Origin: a virus
Reading direction: 5' to 3' (one strand)
DNA: 64,000 nt
IMG/VR virus record: IMGVR_UViG_3300009104_000008
Span: 1-64,000 of that record
How positions within the stretch are numbered: the first letter of the stretch is position 1; each line of letters opens with the position of its first letter. Under the pieces are notes generated by a model, which had not been told where the DNA came from, ran no database searches, and worked only from the letters and a program-made list of their open reading frames with translations. Below are positions 1-10,604 of the stretch, piece by piece. The position numbers were made by a program, and so were the translations under genes.

Positions 1-1826
1 CTACCAGATTGTCCAATTAGTGCTTTAGCAGTTCCTGATAAAGTAGCACCTTTATTTAATCCTGATGAAGTAATGCTACTACTAGTAATAGTAGGAACAT
101 CTAAGGTATTGGTGCTTGGATTGAATGTTATATTCTTATCATATTTTAATGTAATAGGTGTTCCACTATTAGTAAAAGTTAAAGATACAGTTCCATTTGT
201 TGCTGTTGCTGTTTTATCTAAAGTAATTTGTCCAGAACCAATCGAACTAATTATACTTCCCGCTTGAATTCCTGTTCCTTCTACTAACATTCCAGCAACA
301 AGATTAGTTATTGATATAGTAACAGTAGCACTACCACTAGTAATTGCACCAGTTCTAACTATTTCTGTTTGAGTGAAATAACCCATATAATTAGTTGCAT
401 TACTTTGTGCTTGGTCAAAAGTAGCATCTACTGTATCTGCTGAATCTACATTACCAATAAAAGATGTTGCTTCAATACTCTTATTCGCAACAAACTTAGT
501 TCCTCCATCTGAATAAGTAAAAGAAGCACTTGCTCCATCTATTACTAAACCAGCACCATCAGCCGCCGCAGAATTAGCAGCACCACTAGCGACAGTAATA
601 GTTTTATCCACCACATCTAAATCAGTTACTGTAGTAGTATTAATATCTCCTGTAATATTTAAATCGCCTGTAACTGCCAAATCACCTGTTACTGCTAAAT
701 CACCAGCAGCAGTAACTGTAACATCAGTTGCATCTCCTATTGTAACATTTTCAGAAATATCATCAAGTCTTGCTATTAAGTTTGCTACATTCACATCATC
801 ATTTGTATCTGTAGGAATAGCCCATGTAGAATCTCCCCTTAAGAATTTTACATTATCAGTAGCAGCAGGTTGTTTAACTAATCCTGTTGTTCCAGCATCA
901 CTTCCATCTGCCCCTGTAAATACTGAATATGTTGTATTAGTATAATTACCCGAATGTATTACTTCAGAAGCATGGTCAGCAGTCCAATCAATAATAGCAT
1001 TACCACTTGGAATGGTAGGTGTTCCGCTTATTTGTGAATAAGCAACTTGAGCGAATGCTCCGTCATGTGCTAAATAATGTCCTGCTGTTCCTTGTGCTGG
1101 AACTAAACCACTATTACCTGCTGATATTGCTGAAGTATATGCTATATTAGAAGTTAATGCAACAGTTCCACCAGCATTAGGGAAAACAATCGCTCTATCT
1201 CCAGTAGGGTCTGTAAAAGATAATGTAGTTTCATGTTCATCAGCAGTTCCTTCATAAGTTATTGTTCCTGCCGCATTGATAGATAATGTTTCCACACCGC
1301 TATTAATTGCAGAAAATTCTCTTGTTGCTTGAGCATATCCTAAGAATTGAATTGGCCTAGTTTTATCAGTAGCCGTAGAATTTGCGACATATTTAATTAC
1401 TGCAATTGGTATATCTCCAGCAGTTATAGCGGCTACAGTAGCATATGTTCCATCTAATTTACCTGTTGAAGTTGGTGATGTTGTTCCATGTCTCCATTTT
1501 AGAGTATTATCGCTACTTTGAACTACAATAACCCCATACCAATCAACAGAATTTGAAGTTCCCGTATTAGCATCAGTAGTTAATTCAGTAGCAACTATAT
1601 CAACTAATTTACCATTTCTTAATACTTTTCCTGCAGCAACATCATATCTTGTATAAGATAAACCAGTATTATATTGGTCAATATCAAAACCACTAATTGC
1701 TCTATTTTCACCAGATGCAGCATTTAATGCCATTATTATTGCAGAGTGTATAGAGTCTGTAGCATCATCTATTGGTGCAGTAGGTGAAGAACCTAATGTG
1801 CTAATAAAGCCTGTATTATCTACCAT
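1..1826 (-). CDS. Tail fibre / receptor-binding-like protein (runs off the window at its 3' end)
   Basis: Absent from the ORF track because it has no stop in the window. I read ATG at 1826 (MVDNTGFISTLGSS...) and an open frame to base 3. T/A/G/S-rich, with GDLAVTGDLAVTGDLNITGD repeats; last gene of the tail operon seen here. Confidence 0.7.
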   Translation of the reverse strand, partial: MVDNTGFISTLGSSPTAPIDDATDSIHSAIIMALNAASGENRAISGFDIDQYNTGLSYTRYDVAAGKVLRNGKLVDIVATELTTDANTGTSNSVDWYGVIVVQSSDNTLKWRHGTTSPTSTGKLDGTYATVAAITAGDIPIAVIKYVANSTATDKTRPIQFLGYAQATREFSAINSGVETLSINAAGTITYEGTADEHETTLSFTDPTGDRAIVFPNAGGTVALTSNIAYTSAISAGNSGLVPAQGTAGHYLAHDGAFAQVAYSQISGTPTIPSGNAIIDWTADHASEVIHSGNYTNTTYSVFTGADGSDAGTTGLVKQPAATDNVKFLRGDSTWAIPTDTNDDVNVANLIARLDDISENVTIGDATDVTVTAAGDLAVTGDLAVTGDLNITGDINTTTVTDLDVVDKTITVASGAANSAAADGAGLVIDGASASFTYSDGGTKFVANKSIEATSFIGNVDSADTVDATFDQAQSNATNYMGYFTQTEIVRTGAITSGSATVTISITNLVAGMLVEGTGIQAGSIISSIGSGQITLDKTATATNGTVSLTFTNSGTPITLKYDKNITFNPSTNTLDVPTITSSSITSSGLNKGATLSGTAKALIGQSG

Positions 1827-1827
1827 A

Positions 1828-2169
1828 CTAATTCACCTCTATTCTAATTGTGAAAGTTACCGTATCACTCGCGGCTACAACGCCTGTGCTTGTAAATGTT
1901 ACTCGGCTTAATAATATATCCGAAGTCTTATGAAAGACACCTAATTCAGATACACCTGAAGATGGTATATCAGAACCTAAGAAATCAACATTCCACACTA
2001 AAGTAGAACCTACTACTGTTGGTGTTATATCTTCTTTTTTAGCAACAAAATGGTCTAAATTAGTTTGTGATGCAGCAGTAGCATCTGCACCATCGCCTAT
2101 TTTAATTGTCGTATACTTGTCCTTGATATAGGTTGTTGCTATATCTTCCTTCGCGCTATTTGTTATCAT
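1828..2169 (-). CDS. Small tail/baseplate protein
   Basis: Beta-rich 113 aa (IKIGDG...SELGVF...LLSRVTF) resembling tail collar/fibre N-terminal domains; lies between tail genes. Confidence 0.5.
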   Translation of the reverse strand: MITNSAKEDIATTYIKDKYTTIKIGDGADATAASQTNLDHFVAKKEDITPTVVGSTLVWNVDFLGSDIPSSGVSELGVFHKTSDILLSRVTFTSTGVVAASDTVTFTIRIEVN

Positions 2170-5100
2170 ATTCCCTCACTCTTCTCACTTTCATATGTTT
2201 TTAATGTTGTTGTAGTAGAACTACCAAATCCTAATGTATTGCCAAATCCTATTGTATTGCCGAATCCTATTGTTGTTCCACCTGCTGATGCTATGGTATT
2301 AATGGTATAATTAATTCTATTTTGGTCAATATTGAGAGTATCAAAAATTGCTTTTCCTACTGATGAATTTGTCGAGTTTTTAGAGAATAATGTGAAGTTT
2401 GTATTTTTTGATTGAACATCCATTTCTGCTAATCTTTCTGCTATATTTTTATCAAATGTTCCCACCGCAATTTTAGTAGTTCCGGCCAATACATTTTCTA
2501 TTTCAAATACTAAATAATCCCCTCTTGGAATACCATGATTAGGAAAATCTAAAGTTAATATATCACCCGCTTCTAATAATTCTAAACCTTCTTTTTGTAA
2601 TGTTAATGTTGCTCTTTTTGATTCTTTCATATGAAGTGTTAATAATTGGTTTGCTTTAACCTTAGCCTCATTTAATGATTTAATAGAAGTGTCAATGTGT
2701 CTAATTACTTTTTTATTTGTTGAAGTAAGTGCTTCTACTTCTGCTTTTACCCCATCACCCTGAACTATTATTTTATTTGCTTCATCAAACAGGCTTTTAG
2801 TGCTATCAACAGAAATTAATCTATTATTCTTTTTATAGTCAATATAGTATTTTCTTGATGAGTAAATATCATCTAAATTCCTTAATGTAATTGTATTTCC
2901 TTTTATTTTATAATCTAATCCTTTTTTAGAGGCTAAATAATTAATTGCTGAAAAAGCATCAATATCGTTAAAATTATTAGTAGCAATGATTGTCTTTTTA
3001 TTACGAGTTGTTATTTCATCATATTGTGCAGGATTAAATATTATTCCACCGCCAATAGTTATTGTAAATGGGCTTGAAGTTGATTTAGCAGTTATTTTCC
3101 CAATTAAATATCCATGTTGATTATACACAACATCATTTACTGCTAAATTTAAGGGGCTATTTAATAATGTAATTACATTACCATTTACACCACTTACTAC
3201 TAATCCTGTATATTCTCTTAAACTATTTTCAACATCTATATCAAAATTAGATTCTTTAGCAATTTTTTCAATTTCTTCGTCAATTGTTGAGCCAATGGTA
3301 AATGTTGTTCCTAAATAACAATTTGTTGGTCTTATTTTTAATTTTTTAGGAATAGTAATATCAAATACTTTACCGAAAGAAACACAACCATCTCCTGTTA
3401 AAGTTCCTTCATATTCAAATTTTAATTCTGGAGCAGCGTTTGCCGTTTCATTGGTTAATGTAACTGTTAATGATTTTCTTTGTGAATTAATACCATCAGT
3501 AATATAACAATCTATTTCTTCTCCATCACTTACGGGGAAAACAGATGCAGAATTAGAAATAACCCTTCGCTCTAAGAAATTAGTAGCCTGATTAGTATCT
3601 ATTTCATCTATATTAAGTAACATATACATTGAGTATATTCCTTCACTATATTGATTTTTTTCACTAATTTCACCTGTTAATGAATTTTTTATCTTTGTAT
3701 TGTATTGTAACCCAGTGTCTTTTAAGGTATTTATTGAGAAACTATTAGGGGTTCTTTCAAAGGTAGTATCTGATATCCTCATTAACCTAAAATAATAACC
3801 TACTTCACTAACATCTATTGTTGTATCAAATTTTAATTTATGTTTAATATATGTTTCACTACCATCAATTGTATGTGAAATTATTTTACCAATATATTTA
3901 GGTATTCCTTCTTTAACCATATTAGGGTTTGGTGAATGTGAAGTTGGTAAGTATTTATGTGAACCAGATGAACCAGTTTCTATTTTATCAGACACAATGT
4001 AATATCCTTCTAAATTAGGAACATAATTTAACCAATGATGAACAGAAGTATTATCCATCGTATATGTTTTCTCATCTCCTACACTTACATCTGCATCTAT
4101 ATAAAATTGAGGCTTTATTAACATTTGTGCAGAATATAATTTTCCACCATCTTCTACGCTTAATGAGTGTTTAGATTTTGTTGTAGTAGTCAAGGTTGTA
4201 TCGGGAGCATCCTTATAAAAATACTCTTTAGTTTTAGTAGTAAGCAATGCTACATCTGGAATTGTTTGATTAGTATAATCATCATTACGAATGACCTGAA
4301 TATTTTGAGTGTGTTGGTCTAATAAAAGGCGGTCTGTTTGATTAGATGCAAGATTTGGAAAAGTATTTGTTGATAAAGGCGCACTAGTCATATCTATAAA
4401 TGAGAATTTATTATCTCCTGCCTCTTTTACATCTTTAAATATGGCAATACAATTTTCATAAATATCTTTTGATGGCCAATCAACAACAAAATATCTAACA
4501 GGGTAAGTAGAATAATCATCTGAGTGTGGTTTACATAAGGCGTGTAATACCTTAGAATGATGTTGTTTTTGGGTGCTAAGGCCACTATAACCTCCAATAT
4601 GAAATGCCGAAGTAATATATGCTTCTGATTTAACTGTTGAGCCTGCTGCAAAGTCTACACCCGTTGCCGGAATCCCTGTTAGCATCCAATCCCCATTAGC
4701 ATCTTGTTGTTTTCCTGTCCAAGTAAAGGTTAAAGTTTGAGATGAAGTAATTGTTCCAGTTCCAGCAGTAGGCCAATTACCTCCATTAGTTAGAGTTACA
4801 GTAGTATCGCTCATGTCAAATATATATTTATTTGTAGTTGAATATAGAGTTGCAGTATTTACTTCACTGATAACAGGCAATATTACATTTGGGGGGTTAT
4901 AAGAATTACCATTACCAGACAATAAACTAAACCCGTAATAATTTGATTTATAATTTGGCTTGGTTATATGCACTTGAGTCATATTAATTCCTTCATTACT
5001 TAATGATTCTATATCTATTAATGTATTGATTCCATCTCCCTCTTGGCTAAAAATATCAAAAGAAGTTGAACCTTTTTTATAGTTTTTAATAGGAACTCTA

Positions 5101-8100
5101 GGCATTTCATCTCTATCTTGTATTGCTTCAGCATCTACAGAATTAAAGTGCCAATCAAATGTGGCTTCAATTAATCTAATAACACCCCATCGTTTTATTT
5201 GCGTAGGATTAGTTATTGTAGAGGAAGATATTTCACTAGTTTCATAATTAGAGTCTGGTTTAATAATGGATTTTGTTTTTCCATGCCAGTCATGTTCTAT
5301 TTCTGCACCTTTAGTTCCTTCAGACTCAAACATTAATCCAAAATTATTAAGAGAATTGGTATTATGTGAAGCACCCATATTATTAAATCTTAAAAAAGAA
5401 TCTGGGTATAAATCACCCGTAGCAAACAATTTAAATGGTCTTGCACGATAATCATTATTTATTAGTTTTTTAATATCGTCATCTACACCACTTTTGAGGT
5501 TATCAAATCCATCAGGGTCTTTCCACCAATCTCCATCACTTATTACATTATTTATGGAAACCTTCCCATCACCTAATATCTTTGCTCCTTGCGAATAGGC
5601 CGTTATTTTAATAGGTCTATTGTTTATTCTATGTATAGTATTTTGAATTGTGTTCTTCGGTGGAGTTATTGTTCCAGCGTCAAATTTTTGCATATCTAAA
5701 TAACGATATGATTCTAAGCCTATATATTGGTTTTTAAATTTATCTGGTAATCTATGAATATAACCACCTAAAGGCATATTACAATTTACAAAATACATAC
5801 TGGGCGTAGAAGCATCAGTATTAAACTTAAATCTAGTATCACTACTATTACTTTCTGTTATACCTAATGCTACGGGGAAATTAGGAGCAACACTAATAAT
5901 ATTGGTAGAATCATCTATTTCTGAATTTGTAACAACATGGAGATATAAACTAGATAAAATATCTTTACCCAATATAGTAACATAATCATCTTGCTCTTTT
6001 CCAATTTTAAGTAAGAAATCATCAGTTTGGTTAGTTAGGTTTGTATTATTGCTTGCTTGTTCTAACCCCTTTGTTCTAATAATATCATATCCTAAATTTC
6101 CTGTGTTAAGATAATTTCCATCATTTGAAGTTAATTTTAAATCGGAATGTGAAAATGAATTTGACGCATATGTATAATTCATACCATTATTAAAAATAAG
6201 TCCTTTTTCTGATATATTAGTAAAACTTGTAGAATATTTAGTTATATTAGAATTAGAAGAAATTGCTTTTGCACCAGCAATATAATTTACTTCTTCAATT
6301 GGTCTATAATAATAAATTGCACTATTATCTGATATAGCATTTTGAATATAATCGTTTAAAGTTATGGCGGTATAGTTACCTGATGACACATAAATACTTC
6401 CATCAACTTCTCCAATTAAATTAAAACTAGAATCAAATAATAAAGTATATGGTTTTAATGTTCCTACTCTATTCCCAGTAACTTTAATTGAAGTGGCATC
6501 TACACTTGCAGCAGCACTAGTTGTAAATGTATTAGGTAAATCTAAAGAAGGAATTAATGTGGAATATACAATATCATCACTAAAATTTAAATTTCTATTT
6601 ACTGTGTTAGAAATTAATCTTGCTAATTTATCTCGGCCACTAAGAGTAAATGATATTTTTCCTCCTGTAGAATTATGATTTAAATATTCAATTTCACCTT
6701 CAAATACTTCTTCATGTAATGTAAAACCACCAGCATAATAATACATTCTATCTATTGCAGTGTTCTGATAATATTTTTTATTTGCTTCTTGGATAGCCAC
6801 ATATTTTAATGATTTATCTCCATAATCTACTTTAATATCATGCCCTTTAAAACCATTCATTGTTATTTTACTATTATATAATTTAGTATTTTCTTTATCA
6901 ATTGTATGGCCTTCTAACACTATTCTATTCGATTGCGCTTTTTTAATTTCAGTATCAGATGCAAACCCTAAATTAAATTTGCTGTTAGAATAAGGAACAA
7001 CATAAATATCTGCATCAGTTACTGTTGGCGGAGTAGCACTAGCAGCCCATATATTTGCAGTTTTTAATCTATTATGACTGACTGTGAATCCTTGTTTAAC
7101 ATTGTCTGCCTTATCATCTATCTCATCCACAAGATAATAATAATCTCCTATTTCTATAGTAGAGCCTTCGGTTAATATAGCAGTATAATCATAATCCCAA
7201 CCCTCATCTACATTTGCATTTGATTTATTATTAAATTCTAATTTAGTAGAATTAGTTGTAACTGTATGCAATAATTTTTGCATTTGCATTCTATTAGTAT
7301 ACAAACCATTTCTAACTACCATCTTATCTCCTTTTTTATATTTGAGATGTTGTATACCAGCAGTATCTATTGCTGTTATTTCAGCCACTTTACTTATTTT
7401 ATTTTTTGGGTTATTTACAATAGAAGATTCAACAAATGGTATTTTATCATTTTTTAATGCAGCAGATTCAAAAGTAATATATTTCAATGGGCCATTTAAT
7501 CCACCATCTATACTTACTGTTGTTGATGTGCTATCAGTTGCACTTCTTTTCATTTCTGGAAATGCTTTATGCCAAAAAATGGGATTAAAATTAGAATCAT
7601 CTTCATCATCTTCTAATCTCTTATCTACTAAAATAACATCTAATTTATTTCTTCCTAAATTTTGTATAGTATTATCATATTTTCTTTCTGTCTTGAATAC
7701 TACATTTTGAATAGTTGTTCCTATAGTTACTGTAATATCATTAGCAGTCGCAGTAATGTTCTGTCTTGCATAATCTAAATAAAATCTGTAAGTGGTATCT
7801 TGATATAAACTTTCAATATTCCCAAGATAATTTGCCCCATTAAAAATAGACATTCCTTCAGTTAATTTATCATGGTCAGTTTCACTTAACACATAATATT
7901 TACTAGTCGAGCCTTCTTCATATTGCGCTAAAGTGCCTACGGTATCTGTTAGTGTTATTGATTGAGAACCCCAATATCTAACAGAAGTTAGTGTATATTT
8001 TTCATTATAATCCAATTGATTTTCTTCTTCCAATTTATCATTATAGAAGTAAAAAGTTGGTGTATTTACTATACATATTTTATCATATTTATCAGTATCG

Positions 8101-8816
8101 GCATCAGTATCACCACGAAGTCCATAACTAATTGCTACTATATTCTCATTTGCCGTTGTTTTTTCTGGCCCTTTGTAAATCTCAAATTCAGTTCCAATAG
8201 GAATATTTCCTGTATATTTAGGAGAAAATTCTACACCATCCCCAAACTCATCAAAAGTAATTATTCTTGTAATTTTAGCAAAGTGTGGCCTTACAGTATC
8301 TTCACCATTACTATGAACATTCGGATTTAATAATATAAAATAATCATAACCTTCTATGTCTATACCTGTATTGCTGTCGGGAGTATTTGATGATGGATGA
8401 TATGTAACTTTTCTATTAGTGCTTGAAATGTCGTAATTCGCATCATATATTTTAACCTTATATGATGGAGTAGTTTGTTTATTAGTTGCTACATCACTTA
8501 TTGTAGTAGATTGATTTGGTATTAAACGATTTTGAATTGAACCGCTAATTGAAGTGGTTAATCCACCTGCATTTGGCCCTTTTCTAATTTCTGTAAATAT
8601 CATTGATGTTATAGGTGGATTTCCGCCATCAGCACTAACATAGTCAGTTTCCTCTTCTAACCCATTAGTTATAAGAAGGGGAGTTACTGAAACATTTTTA
8701 TATGCCTTTGCTTTTGAATTAGCATTAGATTTTGTAGTATATGTTTCTGTAAATGTAGATTCATTCTCTCCAACATTTAAAGGAAATATCATTCTTCCAG
8801 ACATATTACTCACCAA
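2166..8816 (-). CDS. Very large tail tip/baseplate hub-like protein (2216 aa)
   Basis: Downstream of tape measure; beta-rich; contains LSGRDKLARL and a C-terminal ANKIIVQGDG...LEAGDILTLDFP...VFEIE region like tail hub proteins. Confidence 0.6.
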   Translation of the reverse strand: MVSNMSGRMIFPLNVGENESTFTETYTTKSNANSKAKAYKNVSVTPLLITNGLEEETDYVSADGGNPPITSMIFTEIRKGPNAGGLTTSISGSIQNRLIPNQSTTISDVATNKQTTPSYKVKIYDANYDISSTNRKVTYHPSSNTPDSNTGIDIEGYDYFILLNPNVHSNGEDTVRPHFAKITRIITFDEFGDGVEFSPKYTGNIPIGTEFEIYKGPEKTTANENIVAISYGLRGDTDADTDKYDKICIVNTPTFYFYNDKLEEENQLDYNEKYTLTSVRYWGSQSITLTDTVGTLAQYEEGSTSKYYVLSETDHDKLTEGMSIFNGANYLGNIESLYQDTTYRFYLDYARQNITATANDITVTIGTTIQNVVFKTERKYDNTIQNLGRNKLDVILVDKRLEDDEDDSNFNPIFWHKAFPEMKRSATDSTSTTVSIDGGLNGPLKYITFESAALKNDKIPFVESSIVNNPKNKISKVAEITAIDTAGIQHLKYKKGDKMVVRNGLYTNRMQMQKLLHTVTTNSTKLEFNNKSNANVDEGWDYDYTAILTEGSTIEIGDYYYLVDEIDDKADNVKQGFTVSHNRLKTANIWAASATPPTVTDADIYVVPYSNSKFNLGFASDTEIKKAQSNRIVLEGHTIDKENTKLYNSKITMNGFKGHDIKVDYGDKSLKYVAIQEANKKYYQNTAIDRMYYYAGGFTLHEEVFEGEIEYLNHNSTGGKISFTLSGRDKLARLISNTVNRNLNFSDDIVYSTLIPSLDLPNTFTTSAAASVDATSIKVTGNRVGTLKPYTLLFDSSFNLIGEVDGSIYVSSGNYTAITLNDYIQNAISDNSAIYYYRPIEEVNYIAGAKAISSNSNITKYSTSFTNISEKGLIFNNGMNYTYASNSFSHSDLKLTSNDGNYLNTGNLGYDIIRTKGLEQASNNTNLTNQTDDFLLKIGKEQDDYVTILGKDILSSLYLHVVTNSEIDDSTNIISVAPNFPVALGITESNSSDTRFKFNTDASTPSMYFVNCNMPLGGYIHRLPDKFKNQYIGLESYRYLDMQKFDAGTITPPKNTIQNTIHRINNRPIKITAYSQGAKILGDGKVSINNVISDGDWWKDPDGFDNLKSGVDDDIKKLINNDYRARPFKLFATGDLYPDSFLRFNNMGASHNTNSLNNFGLMFESEGTKGAEIEHDWHGKTKSIIKPDSNYETSEISSSTITNPTQIKRWGVIRLIEATFDWHFNSVDAEAIQDRDEMPRVPIKNYKKGSTSFDIFSQEGDGINTLIDIESLSNEGINMTQVHITKPNYKSNYYGFSLLSGNGNSYNPPNVILPVISEVNTATLYSTTNKYIFDMSDTTVTLTNGGNWPTAGTGTITSSQTLTFTWTGKQQDANGDWMLTGIPATGVDFAAGSTVKSEAYITSAFHIGGYSGLSTQKQHHSKVLHALCKPHSDDYSTYPVRYFVVDWPSKDIYENCIAIFKDVKEAGDNKFSFIDMTSAPLSTNTFPNLASNQTDRLLLDQHTQNIQVIRNDDYTNQTIPDVALLTTKTKEYFYKDAPDTTLTTTTKSKHSLSVEDGGKLYSAQMLIKPQFYIDADVSVGDEKTYTMDNTSVHHWLNYVPNLEGYYIVSDKIETGSSGSHKYLPTSHSPNPNMVKEGIPKYIGKIISHTIDGSETYIKHKLKFDTTIDVSEVGYYFRLMRISDTTFERTPNSFSINTLKDTGLQYNTKIKNSLTGEISEKNQYSEGIYSMYMLLNIDEIDTNQATNFLERRVISNSASVFPVSDGEEIDCYITDGINSQRKSLTVTLTNETANAAPELKFEYEGTLTGDGCVSFGKVFDITIPKKLKIRPTNCYLGTTFTIGSTIDEEIEKIAKESNFDIDVENSLREYTGLVVSGVNGNVITLLNSPLNLAVNDVVYNQHGYLIGKITAKSTSSPFTITIGGGIIFNPAQYDEITTRNKKTIIATNNFNDIDAFSAINYLASKKGLDYKIKGNTITLRNLDDIYSSRKYYIDYKKNNRLISVDSTKSLFDEANKIIVQGDGVKAEVEALTSTNKKVIRHIDTSIKSLNEAKVKANQLLTLHMKESKRATLTLQKEGLELLEAGDILTLDFPNHGIPRGDYLVFEIENVLAGTTKIAVGTFDKNIAERLAEMDVQSKNTNFTLFSKNSTNSSVGKAIFDTLNIDQNRINYTINTIASAGGTTIGFGNTIGFGNTLGFGSSTTTTLKTYESEKSEGI
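2223..2276 (-). repeat. Three imperfect 18-nt tandem repeats encoding (T/N)T(I/L)GFG
   Basis: TTIGFG-NTIGFG-NTLGFG near the C-terminus of the 2216-aa protein. Confidence 0.8.
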
Positions 8817-9870
8817 ATCTGTAATAAAATAAGATATTACTATAACTTGGAGATAATGTATTAATAGTGGGCGATGGTTTTCTACCCTTAAACATCGCTA
8901 TTTCATACAATTCCCCCATAAATTGTGTATTTTTATTTGAACCACTTTGACCAATAAAACAATCATCTGCTTTAAATTCAAAAGTTGGAGCAGAAGAATA
9001 AGAATGCATTTCAATCATTTGATTATTCAAATAGATATTTACTGAACCTCCTACATTATACACGCAAGAAATCTTAAATGTTTGTTCAACATAAAAGGCT
9101 TCCTTTGGTTGTGAAACATATATCTTTGCTGTATGATTAGAAGCATCAGCAACAGTAATTGTATTGAGCGAGGGTATAGAAGCGACAGTTCCTAAACTAA
9201 CTCCATTACCATTAAATATTTCAGAACCCACAGCAAGTTTAGCAACAGAAGCATTACCTAACCAATCATTTGAAGACGAAGCAGGAAATGTAATTGTATT
9301 TCCACTTTTTGATGTGTCTGCCTGTAATAGTGTTTTATTTGTAGATATTCCTTCATAATATGCTTCTAATTTAGTATCTGCATCTGTTGCATCAACATAC
9401 CCATGTAATGTGTTAATTGGTTTAATAACCGCATTACTTTGGACAGTAGTATATACTGGTGAACCCGAAGATATATCAGCAATATAGGCAACAATTTTAT
9501 ATTCTGCTGGTTGGTTTTTATTATGAGTAGTAGTATTTTCTAAATATAATCTAAAATACTCATTATAAAATATCATCATTTTATGGGAATATCTATTTGA
9601 ACCAAAATAAGTTCCACTTTGAGTAGAATTGGTAGTTCCATTTGGAACTGTTTTAGTAGAATCTGTAACTTGAGTAATACCATTACCGTTTATATCGTAT
9701 GGGGTAATAATAGCCTCAACCACAAAACTCTCAGATAAGTTCCATAAACTACCTTTTGAAGTTGCTGTATTAGTATCATCATATTCCATCTTTAAATAAC
9801 CTTCGCTCATTACAGGAAAAACCAAAGCCTTAGATTCCCCTACATAGATATTAGCCATATAATCCCTCAA
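8806..9870 (-). CDS. Tail protein with LamG/concanavalin A-like domain
   Basis: SFVVEAIITP near the N-terminus and IYLN...FIGQ...FMGELYEIAMF near the C-terminus, a LamG-like signature split by an insertion. Confidence 0.6.
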   Translation of the reverse strand: MRDYMANIYVGESKALVFPVMSEGYLKMEYDDTNTATSKGSLWNLSESFVVEAIITPYDINGNGITQVTDSTKTVPNGTTNSTQSGTYFGSNRYSHKMMIFYNEYFRLYLENTTTHNKNQPAEYKIVAYIADISSGSPVYTTVQSNAVIKPINTLHGYVDATDADTKLEAYYEGISTNKTLLQADTSKSGNTITFPASSSNDWLGNASVAKLAVGSEIFNGNGVSLGTVASIPSLNTITVADASNHTAKIYVSQPKEAFYVEQTFKISCVYNVGGSVNIYLNNQMIEMHSYSSAPTFEFKADDCFIGQSGSNKNTQFMGELYEIAMFKGRKPSPTINTLSPSYSNILFYYRFGE

Positions 9871-10604
9871 TCGAAAAAGTTATCTGTTATAACTGTTGAT
9901 TCTTCAAATTCTAATTGGAATGCTACTGATGGGTATTCTACCCCAGAAATGGTAGTAGAAAATGAACGAATAAAACCTTCTAATCCTATATGCTCAGCAG
10001 TTTTAACTTTAGAATCAAACACCGTTGATGGGCTACTGGTTGTATTTCCAGACATAGCCGTGAATGCATTATCATATGCCCTATTCTTCCAATTCCAAGG
10101 AATTAAAGGAATATCTTCAATATCTAAGTTTTTCATTTCTTCGGCAGTAATAGTTTGTCCGTCACTATTAACAGTTCTATAATCAAAATTATTATCTACC
10201 CTACTAGGATAAAATACTAGGAGTTTATTGAGATTTTGGTCATCTTGGAATGTGCTTCCATCAACATAAGAATGTATTAGTTGTGCTAATTCAAAGGCAG
10301 TCAATTTTACTCCATCACCCGAAGCATCAGAAGTTACACCCGAATCATTATTTTTCTGTATTACTTGGTCTAATAGAAGACCTTGAATAGATACAGTCTT
10401 TTGTGTTATTCCCATATCAAATGCTAAATTAGTAGATTCACCACGAATAGCACCAGAAAAAGGAATACCAACATTAGGCACTGTTTTATTTGCCGCAAAA
10501 GTTATTTCTGTTACATAAAGTGGTATTCTATTAATATGACCGCCTCCTTTATCATCCCTTCTTGCTAATTCCAAAAACACATTTATTGTTTCTGCTACGC
10601 TCAT
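9867..10604 (-). CDS. Putative distal tail / tail structural protein
   Basis: Immediately after tape measure; beta-rich; position-based call. Confidence 0.45.
   Translation of the reverse strand: MSVAETINVFLELARRDDKGGGHINRIPLYVTEITFAANKTVPNVGIPFSGAIRGESTNLAFDMGITQKTVSIQGLLLDQVIQKNNDSGVTSDASGDGVKLTAFELAQLIHSYVDGSTFQDDQNLNKLLVFYPSRVDNNFDYRTVNSDGQTITAEEMKNLDIEDIPLIPWNWKNRAYDNAFTAMSGNTTSSPSTVFDSKVKTAEHIGLEGFIRSFSTTISGVEYPSVAFQLEFEESTVITDNFFD

Noticed and set aside
645-704. GDLAVT repeats in the fibre gene as a diversity-generating repeat
   Set aside because: Ordinary short beta-repeat; no reverse transcriptase or TR/VR pair seen.
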